From positions 445,856-509,855 of the forward strand of contig JBGPGO010000001.1 of NCBI GenBank assembly GCA_041483895.1: a stretch of DNA of 64,000 nt, read 5' to 3'. Positions 29,627-38,797 of this stretch are shown piece by piece (the stretch's first letter is position 1; each line of letters starts with the position of its first letter). Source of the stretch: Fimbriimonadia bacterium (lineage in GTDB: Bacteria; Armatimonadota; Fimbriimonadia; Fimbriimonadales; JABRVX01). Position numbers and translations under genes: made by a program. The notes beneath the pieces are model-generated. The model saw only the letters and a program-made list of their open reading frames with translations. It had not been told where the DNA came from and did no database searches.

Positions 29627-32560
29627 ATGCGTAATCTGCTGGCCCTGGCGGTCGGTGTATCCGCCATGGCGTCTGCGTTGGCGTTGCCGAGAGCAGCCGC
29701 CATCCTCGATTTTCACAAGATCAATCCAAATGCCAAGTTCTACATGGACGGCGCAAGCATCCGCCGGGTTTATGGTCCGGCCTTTGCAACAGGCATCAAC
29801 GCCGAGGATACTGCCATTCGGTTCCTGAAGAGTTATAGCTCCATGTTCGGCGTTGCCGCCGTTGATTTGCATCCCACGCTGACCACGGACCTCATGCGAG
29901 GCAAGTTCACGATGATCCGATACGAGCAGCGTTACTACGGCATTCCCGTTCATGGCGCCTATCTGACTCTGGTGATGCGGACCGATGCGAACAACAGCAT
30001 GGTGCTCGCTTCCAACTATCTCAAGCCGATCGCCGGCAGCGTGCCGCCTCCCTATGCGGTGTCTTCCGATGATGTCCTTACTCGTTGGCGTCCCTGGTTC
30101 GTCGACTTCACATTTTCGACTCCAGCACCGGTCGTCTACATTGAAGACAATGGGCGCGCGAAGTTCGGATATCAATTCACGGTCAGAAACACCAACGCGG
30201 TTTATCCCGAGAAGTATCTCGTAATCGTCGATGGTTCCGACCCGAAAGCCTCGATCCTGTTCCAAGAATCGCGCATCTATGATGATGATGTTTCCGGATC
30301 TGTTCAGGGTTGGGCGACTCCGGGCGACCTGCCGGATGTTGCGACCAACCTGCCGACATTGCAGCCCATTGATGGCATGAGGGTAAAAGTTGCGGGCGGC
30401 AACACCGGCCAATCCGATCTAAGTGGCCTGTTCACCATCGTGAACGCAGGCAGCTCCCCGGTGGACGTCAGCGCAAATGTCACGGGTCCCGGATCGACGG
30501 TCGGCGGACAATGGGTCTGGATTGATGACCAGCAGGGCGTCGAAATGTCGCTTTCCCAAAACGTTACTCCTCCGGGACCGGCGGACTTCATCTTCAATTC
30601 CAGTCCGACCCAATTCACCACGGCCCAGATAAACGCATTCATCTGGGTGCCGAGAACTCACAACATGGTGAAAGCAACTGATCCAACATACCCAGGCATC
30701 GACGTCCAAATGCGTGCGAACGTGAACTTGACTAGTACCTGCAACGCTTTTTATGACGGCGCGTCGGTCAACTTTTATAACGCGGGCGGCGGATGTCCGA
30801 ATACGGCCTATTCCACGGTCATGGCCCACGAATACGGTCATCACATCGTGGCGAGTGGACACGCGAATCCATCGGGAGACTTCCATGAAGGCGTCGCCGA
30901 TGTTACCGCGGAGCTGCTGATCGACAGCGACTGTCTTGGTCGTGGATTCCAGGGAGGTACGGGGTGCCTTCGCAGTGGCTACAACAGCGTCAAATACCCT
31001 TGCAGCGGTGAAGTGCACACCTGCGGAGAGGTCATGTCTGGGGCATATTGGTTGACCCGCGACCAGATGAAAATCACGGAACCCGTCAACTATCTCAGCA
31101 TCATGCGCGACCTCTATGTATTCATGATCAAGATGTCGCCGACTATCGATCCTAGTATTACTGTCGACGTTCTCACATTGGACGACGACAACGGCGATAT
31201 CGACGATGGAACGCCGCACTACAATGAAATCGCCGCTGGGTTCGGTGCAAAGAACCTCACGGCGCCGCCATTGGTCTATCTGGACTTTACCTATCCCGAC
31301 GGCAAGCCGGAGCTCGTCAGTCCCGCAGGCGGAACCCGAATGCGAGTTATCGTGTCGGGCCACGTCAAGACGCCTCAGCCGGGCACCGGCAAACTGTATT
31401 ACAGCACCGGCGGATCCTACACCGCGATCCCAATGGAGGAGGTCTCCTCGAATGTCTACGACGCCGTCTTCCCATCGCTGCCGTGCGGATCAACGGTAAA
31501 GTACTACGTCAATGCCCAGACGACCGATGCGACAGAGGCATTCGACCCAACCAACGCCCCGACCGGCTATTACAGGACGATCAGCGCTTACGGATTGACG
31601 CCCTACTTCGACGACAACTTTGAAACCGATCAAGGTTGGACTGTATCCAATAGCGGCGCCACCACAGGCATCTGGGCTCGCGGTACTCCGGCGGGAGGAG
31701 GAGCGCGAGGCGACAATCCGACGGACTACAACGGTTCGGGCCAATGCTATTGCACGGACCCGGCAGCCGGCGATACCGACGTTGACGGCGGGACGACTCG
31801 CCTGATTTCGCCGACCTTTAATCTCGCTGGTACCAATGCGATCATCAGCTACGCCCGCTGGTACTCCAACAGTTTTGGTGGCGACCCGCATAACGACACC
31901 ATGACGGTTCAAATAACCAACAACGGTACCCTTTGGACTACTGTGGAGACTGTCGGCCCGGTCAATCAGGCAGACGGCGGTTGGTTCACCAATTCGTTCA
32001 AAGTGAGCGATTACATCACCCCTTCGGCAACGATAAAAGTGAGATTCAATGCTTCCGATCTCGGCTCAGGCTCGGTTGTTGAGGCTGCCGTCGACGCTTT
32101 CAAGGTTGAAACTTTGAATTGCACACCGTCGAACAGCCTGTTCGGTCATATCGATCTCGATCTGCTCTCTGCCTCGCCATCCGGCCAGGCCGTGACGATC
32201 GAGTTCCGGACACCGAACACCGCCACCGTAGTTGCCAGCTATCCGGTCGTCCTCGACAGTTTGGGAAACTACAACATCCCGTCCGTTGTCGGTGGCACAT
32301 ACGACATCGCCGCCAAGGGTGCGAATTGGCTGCGTCAGAAGCTGCTGTCTCAGACCGTTAGCGGCACGACTGAGGCGAACTTCGCGCTGATCAACGGAGA
32401 CGCGGATCCAAACAATGCGGTGGATCTTGGTGACATGAACAAGGTGTTCATAAACTTTGCAAACCCAGGCGGCGACGGGGACATCAATTGGGATGGAATC
32501 GTCGGCGTGGAGGATCTGTCGATCATCTTCATTGAGTTTGGAGCGAACGGCGATTCCTAG
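29627..32560 (+). CDS. Secreted M4/M36-like metallopeptidase with beta-sandwich domains and dockerin-like tail
   Basis: NAFYDG, AHEYGH, HEGVAD; C-terminal GDADPNNAVDLGD and GDINWDGIV; AGGAG RBS. Confidence 0.8.
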   Translation: MRNLLALAVGVSAMASALALPRAAAILDFHKINPNAKFYMDGASIRRVYGPAFATGINAEDTAIRFLKSYSSMFGVAAVDLHPTLTTDLMRGKFTMIRYEQRYYGIPVHGAYLTLVMRTDANNSMVLASNYLKPIAGSVPPPYAVSSDDVLTRWRPWFVDFTFSTPAPVVYIEDNGRAKFGYQFTVRNTNAVYPEKYLVIVDGSDPKASILFQESRIYDDDVSGSVQGWATPGDLPDVATNLPTLQPIDGMRVKVAGGNTGQSDLSGLFTIVNAGSSPVDVSANVTGPGSTVGGQWVWIDDQQGVEMSLSQNVTPPGPADFIFNSSPTQFTTAQINAFIWVPRTHNMVKATDPTYPGIDVQMRANVNLTSTCNAFYDGASVNFYNAGGGCPNTAYSTVMAHEYGHHIVASGHANPSGDFHEGVADVTAELLIDSDCLGRGFQGGTGCLRSGYNSVKYPCSGEVHTCGEVMSGAYWLTRDQMKITEPVNYLSIMRDLYVFMIKMSPTIDPSITVDVLTLDDDNGDIDDGTPHYNEIAAGFGAKNLTAPPLVYLDFTYPDGKPELVSPAGGTRMRVIVSGHVKTPQPGTGKLYYSTGGSYTAIPMEEVSSNVYDAVFPSLPCGSTVKYYVNAQTTDATEAFDPTNAPTGYYRTISAYGLTPYFDDNFETDQGWTVSNSGATTGIWARGTPAGGGARGDNPTDYNGSGQCYCTDPAAGDTDVDGGTTRLISPTFNLAGTNAIISYARWYSNSFGGDPHNDTMTVQITNNGTLWTTVETVGPVNQADGGWFTNSFKVSDYITPSATIKVRFNASDLGSGSVVEAAVDAFKVETLNCTPSNSLFGHIDLDLLSASPSGQAVTIEFRTPNTATVVASYPVVLDSLGNYNIPSVVGGTYDIAAKGANWLRQKLLSQTVSGTTEANFALINGDADPNNAVDLGDMNKVFINFANPGGDGDINWDGIVGVEDLSIIFIEFGANGDS

Positions 32561-32579
32561 CAAGTACACCTAAGACGAG

Positions 32580-32608
32580 AGGCCGGGGCATACCGCTCCG
32601 GCCTTTTC
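32580..32608 (+). terminator. Intrinsic terminator
   Basis: AGGCCGGGGC-ATACC-GCTCCGGCCT followed by T-run. Confidence 0.7.
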
Positions 32609-32711
32609 GCTATATAATCATGCTGACGGAATCGGTGGTCCGAACGTCAGAACTGATAGAGGCTCGATACCCAATTTGAGGTAGATCGAATAGGCTCGTG
32701 GAGGCGGAGAG

Positions 32712-34562
32712 ATGAATCCAGTACGATTTCGATGGCAGTGGGTAATCGCCGGCACGATTTCGCTGTTTGCGATCGGGTTGGCAGACGGTGTGTACGGACA
32801 GGCTTCATCCGGTCACGGCGGAGGCAAATCCGACATCGGTGGAAAGTCGGATGGAGGCAAGTCTTCGGGTGGGGGTAAGTCCGAAGGCACAAGATCATCC
32901 GGCGGCTCCGGTACGGTTTCCGGCTCACGCGGTGGCGGTCAGGGCAGCGGCTCCGGTACGGTTTCCGGCTCACGCGGCGGCGGCTCCAACGGCGGCGGAC
33001 AAGGCACCGGCTCCGGTACGGTTTCCGGCTCACGCGGCGGCGGCTCCAACGGCGGCGGACAAGGCAGCGGCACCGTTTCTGGCTCACGCGGCGGTGGGTC
33101 CAATGGAGGCGGTCAGGGCAGCGGCTCCGGCACGGTTTCCGGCTCACGCGGCGGTGGTTCCACCGGTGGCGGCTCCGGCACCGTTTCTGGCTCACGCGGT
33201 GGAGGCTCCAACAGTGGCGGCCAGGGCAGCGGCTCTGGCACCATTTCCGGCTCACGCGGCGGTGGCCCCAACGGCGGCGGACAGGGCAGCGGCTCCGGCA
33301 CTGTTTCCGGTTCACGCGGCGGCAGTAACCAAGGCAGCGGCACGGTTTCGGGCTCGCGCGGCAACGGTCAAAGCGGGGGCTCCGGCACGGTGTCCGGTTC
33401 ACGCGGTGGCGGCTCCAACGGAGGTGGCCAAGGAACCATCGGCGGACGCGATACTGGCGGCACTCACTCCAGCGGTCAAGGCACAATCGGTGGTCGCGAC
33501 AGTGGCGGTAACCAGGGCGGAGGCCAAGGAACCATCGGCGGACGCGATACCGGAAGCCAGGGCACAATCGGTGGCCGCGACACCAGCGGTAGCCACAAGG
33601 GCGACATGAATCGCGGCGGCTCCAATGACGGCCAGTTCAGCCACGGCGGACGCCAAGGCGGTGACGGCGGACGCGACAGCGGAAATAAGAGCGGCGCCGA
33701 CATCCAAGGCAGGCAGGGCGGCTACCGAATGGGCAGCGACAAAGGCCAAAAGGGTGGATGGTCCGATCGCGTCCAACCCGGAATGGACTACCGCAAGACC
33801 AACGAGATCAAAGGCATCATCGCGCCCAGCAAGTTGGGGGACCACAACCGGACCGGCAAAGGGGACGGGACCTACAAGCGCGGCGGCTTCGGTTCCATCG
33901 AGCGCGGCAATCGCAACCACGGCGTCATCATCAACACCGACGGATGGCGACACGGCTTTTGGGGCTGGAATCGCAGCTGGCGGGATGACTTCTGGTTCTG
34001 GGACTACTACTGCTACTCGCCGATTATCAATTTCTGCTCGCCGTCGATCTACTACTGGTATGGATCCTGCCCGCCCTATCTATGGTATGCGCGGCTGGTC
34101 ATCCGTCCGTATCCGATCATAATATATGTTGAGCGGCCTTGCAGTTGGCAATATGTCAGCACGGGATACTATCTGGAGCGCCCTTCGTACACGCCGCTGG
34201 ATCAGGCGATCTCGGATATCGTGGATGCGTGGAAGTATCAGGATCCCAATCGCATGGAGCGGCACATGGATACGAACCACCAAGTGGCCGTCTTCCTGAA
34301 TGGTGATTACTCCTATTCAATGGAAGGGTATGACTTCGCCGCCGTGACCCGCGATGCGGTCTCCACCGTGCGAACCAAGTCGTTCACCGTGGACAATGTT
34401 GCCTATCGCACGGACAACATGGTAGTCATACATGCCACTCATACGTTCGTAAATCCCGATGACTACTATGAGACGGTGTACGTCGCCTATACATTGGAGC
34501 GCATCGGCAACCAGTGGATTATCACGGAGGCCGGCAGCAGCCACGATCCGTTGAGTAAGTAA
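32712..34562 (+). CDS. Secreted Gly/Ser-repeat protein with aromatic-rich segment and NTF2-like C-terminus
   Basis: About 11 GTVSGSRG units and 4 GTIGGRD units; GGAGG RBS. Confidence 0.8.
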   Translation: MNPVRFRWQWVIAGTISLFAIGLADGVYGQASSGHGGGKSDIGGKSDGGKSSGGGKSEGTRSSGGSGTVSGSRGGGQGSGSGTVSGSRGGGSNGGGQGTGSGTVSGSRGGGSNGGGQGSGTVSGSRGGGSNGGGQGSGSGTVSGSRGGGSTGGGSGTVSGSRGGGSNSGGQGSGSGTISGSRGGGPNGGGQGSGSGTVSGSRGGSNQGSGTVSGSRGNGQSGGSGTVSGSRGGGSNGGGQGTIGGRDTGGTHSSGQGTIGGRDSGGNQGGGQGTIGGRDTGSQGTIGGRDTSGSHKGDMNRGGSNDGQFSHGGRQGGDGGRDSGNKSGADIQGRQGGYRMGSDKGQKGGWSDRVQPGMDYRKTNEIKGIIAPSKLGDHNRTGKGDGTYKRGGFGSIERGNRNHGVIINTDGWRHGFWGWNRSWRDDFWFWDYYCYSPIINFCSPSIYYWYGSCPPYLWYARLVIRPYPIIIYVERPCSWQYVSTGYYLERPSYTPLDQAISDIVDAWKYQDPNRMERHMDTNHQVAVFLNGDYSYSMEGYDFAAVTRDAVSTVRTKSFTVDNVAYRTDNMVVIHATHTFVNPDDYYETVYVAYTLERIGNQWIITEAGSSHDPLSK

Positions 34563-34577
34563 CTCGACTCGAAGAAC

Positions 34578-34616
34578 GGCTCCGCGACACCGTCGCGGGG
34601 CCCTTTTCCTTTTTTT
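34578..34616 (+). terminator. Intrinsic terminator
   Basis: GGCTCCGCGAC-ACC-GTCGCGGGGCC followed by T-rich run. Confidence 0.75.
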
Positions 34617-34658
34617 ATCCCTCAACTGGAGTGGACTGCTCCGGTTTTTTGATCCATT

Positions 34659-35492
34659 TCAAAGATTAGTCTTTCCGCCTGGTGACAACCTGGCCGCATA
34701 CGTCGCGGGCTCCAAATAGCCAAGCGACGAATGCGGGCGCTCTTCGTTGTAGAACCTCCGAAAGCATACAGCCTTTAGCTGCGCGTCCGCAAGATTCGAA
34801 AACAGTTCCGCGTTCAGAAACTCCGGTCTGAGCCTGCTATGAAACGACTCCGAAAACGGATTCTCCCACGGACTGCCGGGGGTGATGAAAAAGGACTTGC
34901 CTCCGCCGGCAGTAACCCACGAACATAGCACCCGAGAAATGAACTCCGATCCGTTGTCCGAACGAACGAACAACGGCGCCCCTCGCTCCAAAGCGATCCG
35001 CGAAAGGATTTCCCGAACCCGAACACCCGTGATGGAGCGATGAACCTCCAAAGCCAAACATTCTCTCGTGAACTCATCCACCACCGAAAGCACCTTCAGA
35101 GATCTTCCGGCAAGGCAGCGATCGAAACAAAAATCCACACACCACACATGGTTCGGACGCTCCGCTTTCATGGGAACGCTCCGACCCGTCTTGATCTTCT
35201 TTGAAGCCGGTTTTTGATACTGAAATCCCTCCTGTTCCCACACCCGATACACCCGGTTTTGGCTCAGATTCGGAATCTGTTTGCGAAGCGTCGCCCACGC
35301 CTGGCGATAGCCGATTCCAGGACGAAGCGATGCCTGCAACAGGTCGCGCAGCTCTTCGTTGCGGTCCGTTCGCTCATAGCAAAACAGCGACCTCGAAACC
35401 TTCAGTAGCTCGCACGAGCGGCGGGAGGGGATGCCTTTTTCCATCAGTTTCTGCGCCCCCGAGAGCCGCTCAGAGGCGCTAAACCGTTTCCC
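34659..35492 (-). CDS. IS3 OrfB, DDE transposase (via -1 frameshift)
   Basis: WCVDF, DEFTRECL, SDNGSEF, PWEN..SESF, YNEERPHSSLGY. Confidence 0.9.
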   Translation of the reverse strand, partial: GKRFSASERLSGAQKLMEKGIPSRRSCELLKVSRSLFCYERTDRNEELRDLLQASLRPGIGYRQAWATLRKQIPNLSQNRVYRVWEQEGFQYQKPASKKIKTGRSVPMKAERPNHVWCVDFCFDRCLAGRSLKVLSVVDEFTRECLALEVHRSITGVRVREILSRIALERGAPLFVRSDNGSEFISRVLCSWVTAGGGKSFFITPGSPWENPFSESFHSRLRPEFLNAELFSNLADAQLKAVCFRRFYNEERPHSSLGYLEPATYAARLSPGGKTNL

Positions 35493-35755
35493 GCAATCAG
35501 CTCCGTCAGCGCGTCCACCTCCAGCGAGCGGTCCGCCAAAAGCTTCTTCAGACGCGCGTTTTCTTTTTCGAGTTCTCGCAGCCGCCGCACCTCGTCCGTG
35601 CGCATCCCGCCGAAGCGCTTCTTCCAGACATAGAACGTGTTCTCGCTGATGCCGTGCGACTGACACACCTGCTTTGTCGTCCGATCGCCGCGCTCACCCT
35701 CAGAGAGAATCCGGACGATCTGCTCTTCCGTAAACCTGCTCTGCTTCAATTTCAC
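35444..35755 (-). CDS. IS3 OrfA (HTH)
   Basis: SRFTEEQIVRIL, HGISENTFYVWK, ELEKENARLKKLLAD. Confidence 0.9.
   Translation of the reverse strand: MKLKQSRFTEEQIVRILSEGERGDRTTKQVCQSHGISENTFYVWKKRFGGMRTDEVRRLRELEKENARLKKLLADRSLEVDALTELIAGNGLAPLSGSRGRRN
35453..35492 (-). promoter_or_regulatory. -1 programmed frameshift signal
   Basis: Slippery G GGA AAC, then after 6 nt the hairpin GCGCCTCTGAG...CTCGGGGGCGC. Confidence 0.75.
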
Positions 35756-35823
35756 AGTCTCCTTCCATTTTGTCCGGGAAAGAGTCTAATCTTATGAATG
35801 GTCCTCAAGACGGGGGCAGGCCA

Positions 35824-35976
35824 CACGTAGGTCCAATCAGTCTGCGGCAACCCATCTTTTTCCGTCCTGTGAGTCAACTGGTCGGCCTTGTCGAAGGTGT
35901 TCAACTGAAACTTCTCGCTAAAGCCCGTGCCGCCTTTGTGCCACATCGTCCGATTGCCGAAGGAGTCATAGGCAAA
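35824..35976 (-). pseudogene. Rhs/YD fragment truncated by the IS; 153-bp repeat of 37352-37504
   Basis: FAYDSFGNRTMWHKGG...DWTYV, then the IS end. Confidence 0.85.
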
Positions 35977-36004
35977 CTTAGGATTGTCGGTCCAAGACTG
36001 AACT

Positions 36005-36256
36005 CTACTTTTCACCCCTGGCAAAAAGGCCTGAAACAAGGGCAAAGAACGCCGCAAGCCCCATCGCAGCAAATATGTAAACATTAAAGGTAGCACCGAC
36101 GTATGACATCGAACCCTTGAACAGTTCAGCAGACTGCGTTGGCTGATTCCCACCATATATCGCAGCAGAAATGACTTTTGAAGCAACAAGGACTGCCACC
36201 GCAGCCACCAGCGTAGTCGACAACTTCCACAACCGACCAGACCAGTTATCCGCCAT
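36005..36256 (-). CDS. Small 2-TM protein, putative immunity protein
   Basis: Overlaps the end of the Rhs tip; AGGAG RBS; two hydrophobic helices. Confidence 0.6.
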   Translation of the reverse strand: MADNWSGRLWKLSTTLVAAVAVLVASKVISAAIYGGNQPTQSAELFKGSMSYVGATFNVYIFAAMGLAAFFALVSGLFARGEK

Positions 36257-37109
36257 CTCTACACTCCTTAGATTGGTCGCTGAATGGATAGAAGACATTT
36301 GAGATATCAAACGGCTTGCCCAGGCATTGGATCCAGTTTCTCACCTGCTGTCCCTTGCATATTAGGTCCGGTGGAATTCCCACCCAACGACACATGGGGT
36401 CCGCAAAGTTTGTGCCTGGTGAACCACAATACTGACACAAACACCACCAACGCCGTCGAATTTTTGTTACCGTGATAGTCGATTGGAATAGTCCGCATCG
36501 TGTTGCTAAATCTGCATCCAGAGTGAAACCCACATTGAATAGCTTTCCGGCGAACGAGAAGCTACCGTCGATATGAATTGTTATCGTTACGTCTCCCGTG
36601 TGCAATATGTCGCCCTTTGATTGGTAACTAACAGACCATGTCACTGCCTTCTTTCCGTGACTATCACAAGTGCATGGCTCTGGCGGCTGAGGGGGTGATG
36701 GGAAACCTGGGCCGCCAATGTGCTGTGACTGGAACCCAAAGGGATCGATGAATGTCGTCGGGGACGATGATCCGTATTGGTAGTAAGGAAGCGCGGACGA
36801 AAATCGATCCTTTACCTAAAACGCACCCAAGTTTGGATCGAAGTATCTCGCTCGTAGGTAGTCGAGGCCAGAACTGTCGGAGTAATACCCATACGCGCCG
36901 ACGAACTGATACGGAGTCGGAGTGGTGCCAGTTCGATTGAACACCTCGCCATAGGCCTGGTACTCGAACTTGTCGGTGACGGCCTGGCTGGTCGTGTTGA
37001 TCAGCTTGGTAGTGTTCCCGAGCGCGTCGAAGCGGTAGACGGAGTGGACTCCGTTTCTGGTCTCTGATACCAACTGCCCGTTGCCGTAGCTGTAGTTGAC
37101 AACTCCCAT
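36246..37109 (-). pseudogene. Short Rhs-core protein with Cys-rich C-terminal tip; in-frame TAG at 36816-36818
   Basis: YLRARYFDPNLGAF*VKD...YQYGSSSPTTFIDPFG; the frame stays open after the TAG to 36246. Confidence 0.8.
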
Positions 37110-37111
37110 GA

Positions 37112-37558
37112 TTAATCCGTCCTCTCCTGCATCACGTCGTCCCCATCCCATACAAAGGTCGTCAGACTCTCGCCCGGCTCCCACTTCGATCTGCGAAGCC
37201 CATCCCCGTCGTAGGTGTATGTGCTCCTTAGTCCACCGGAAGCAATGATGCTGGTCATTCGGTTCGCCATATCATACGTATATGTCGTCGGGTTGCTGAG
37301 CGGCAACCCTGCTCCTTGACCCCACTCTGTCATGTTACCACGCTCATCATGCACGTAGGTCCAATCGGTCTGCGGCAACCCATCTTTTTCCGTCCTGTGA
37401 GTCAACTGGTCGGCCTTGTCGAAGGTGTTTAGCTGATACTTCTCGCTAAAGCCCGTCCCGCCCTTGTGCCACATCGTCCGATTGCCGACGGCGTCGTAGG
37501 CAAAGGTGTGGTTGTAGGCCGGGATCCCGCAATAACCCTCGCTGAAGGGTCGCCGCAT
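37112..37558 (-). CDS. Rhs/YD-repeat fragment
   Basis: YDAVGNRT, YTYDMANRMT, YTYDGDGLRRSK, FVWDG. Confidence 0.8.
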   Translation of the reverse strand: MRRPFSEGYCGIPAYNHTFAYDAVGNRTMWHKGGTGFSEKYQLNTFDKADQLTHRTEKDGLPQTDWTYVHDERGNMTEWGQGAGLPLSNPTTYTYDMANRMTSIIASGGLRSTYTYDGDGLRRSKWEPGESLTTFVWDGDDVMQERTD

Positions 37559-37604
37559 CCACGAATGTCCGATTAGCTAAGCAGTTCTCCATAACCACGA
37601 TGTT

Positions 37605-38321
37605 TTACCGGTCGGCTAGCACCAACCACCGTATGCCATTCATGTTCCGAATATTCTCCGTTGAAGCCCCCATCTCCCGATAGGTGCCGTCATGTCCAAC
37701 CCACTCAGTAACGTCGATCACCTGTGATTTTCCATCGGGGCCCGAGGAAAAGACAACAACTGGTCTCTCGATAACGAACCCATTTGCTGACTTTCGCACG
37801 GTCGCAGATTTTAGCCCTAGTGCCACCAATTCGGCGGTGGAAGCAATTCCATAATAACCATTCGGTAATTTGCGTAACAGTTCATATGCTTCGCCGTCGC
37901 CGTAAGTTACATTGACGTTAAATTGTTCTCTGGGCAAGATTTCAAGCCGAAATGGGCCCCCGAAGAAGCGATAAGTCGTAGCCGAAGATGCAAGACGCAC
38001 GAAGGCTAACGCATCCTCTTTGGTTCGGATGGTAACCTTGCCGCGCAATTCAGATAGGCTATGGACTTGCAATCCTTGATTCTCACTAACCAAAAAGAGA
38101 TGGAGATATGCCGATATAGGATCTCCAACGACCAGTTCCCGATTTCTTCCAATCACTAAGTGAGAATCCGATTTCAGAAACTTGACATCTAATTCGTGTT
38201 GAACAATGATCGATGCGGGTTTAAGCGCAGCTTGTTGACTAGCCAACGGACAGCTCCCCGCTGTCAAAAGTCTTGCGACAATTATCAGGGACATTACTAG
38301 CACGGTTTGACAGTTTTGCAA
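37605..38321 (-). CDS. Exported hypothetical protein, putative immunity protein
   Basis: Signal-like N-terminus, lower GC, directly after the Cys-rich ORF. Confidence 0.6.
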   Translation of the reverse strand: MQNCQTVLVMSLIIVARLLTAGSCPLASQQAALKPASIIVQHELDVKFLKSDSHLVIGRNRELVVGDPISAYLHLFLVSENQGLQVHSLSELRGKVTIRTKEDALAFVRLASSATTYRFFGGPFRLEILPREQFNVNVTYGDGEAYELLRKLPNGYYGIASTAELVALGLKSATVRKSANGFVIERPVVVFSSGPDGKSQVIDVTEWVGHDGTYREMGASTENIRNMNGIRWLVLADR

Positions 38322-38355
38322 TTTTCAACTCCTATCGCTTCGACCTCTTACTTCT

Positions 38356-38793
38356 TCAGAATGGACATGGAATCGGCGGAGTGTCACTTCCGTTACCGGC
38401 ATCTGATTTGGAGCAGTAGGTGTCTCGCCTAAGGCAGTCAGAGAAAAAATTACGCAAATAATAATCACAACATGTATCATCGTTGCTAAGGCAACACTGA
38501 CTGCGATCGAAATGATCTCTATAACATTTGCAGGATTCTCGATAGGCTCTGCATTCGGTCCAGTTGCTGGTTGCAGACGCCCATTGATTATACTTATCTA
38601 TGCATACCTGCGGATCTTGGCCAGCTCCAATCTTTTGTTCGTAACAAAGATGGGCACTAAAGCAACAGTTTCCCCGATCTCGTCCGTGAACAGCTTCATG
38701 TCGCACTGTGCAGCCGAAATCGCACTGGTCGAAGATCCCACCATTATCACCCGGTATGGTTATATTCATCTGGCCTGTAGTGATATCGCATTT
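38356..38793 (-). pseudogene. Orphan Cys-rich Rhs-type tip with HExxH
   Basis: KCDITTGQMNIT...CTVRHEAVH, many Cys; frame cut upstream at a REP copy. Confidence 0.55.
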
Positions 38794-38797
38794 TCAT

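Larger units (their letters stand above)
34632..35823 (-). mobile_element. IS3-family insertion sequence (~1.19 kb)
   Basis: TG...CA ends; imperfect IRs TGGACTGCTCCGGTTTTTTGATCCATT and TGGCCTGCCCCCGTCTTGAGGACCATT; orfA/orfB; no flanking DR seen. Confidence 0.92.

Noticed and set aside
32647-33567. Arg/Cys-rich repeat ORF on the minus strand
   Set aside because: Shadow frame of the Gly/Ser repeats.
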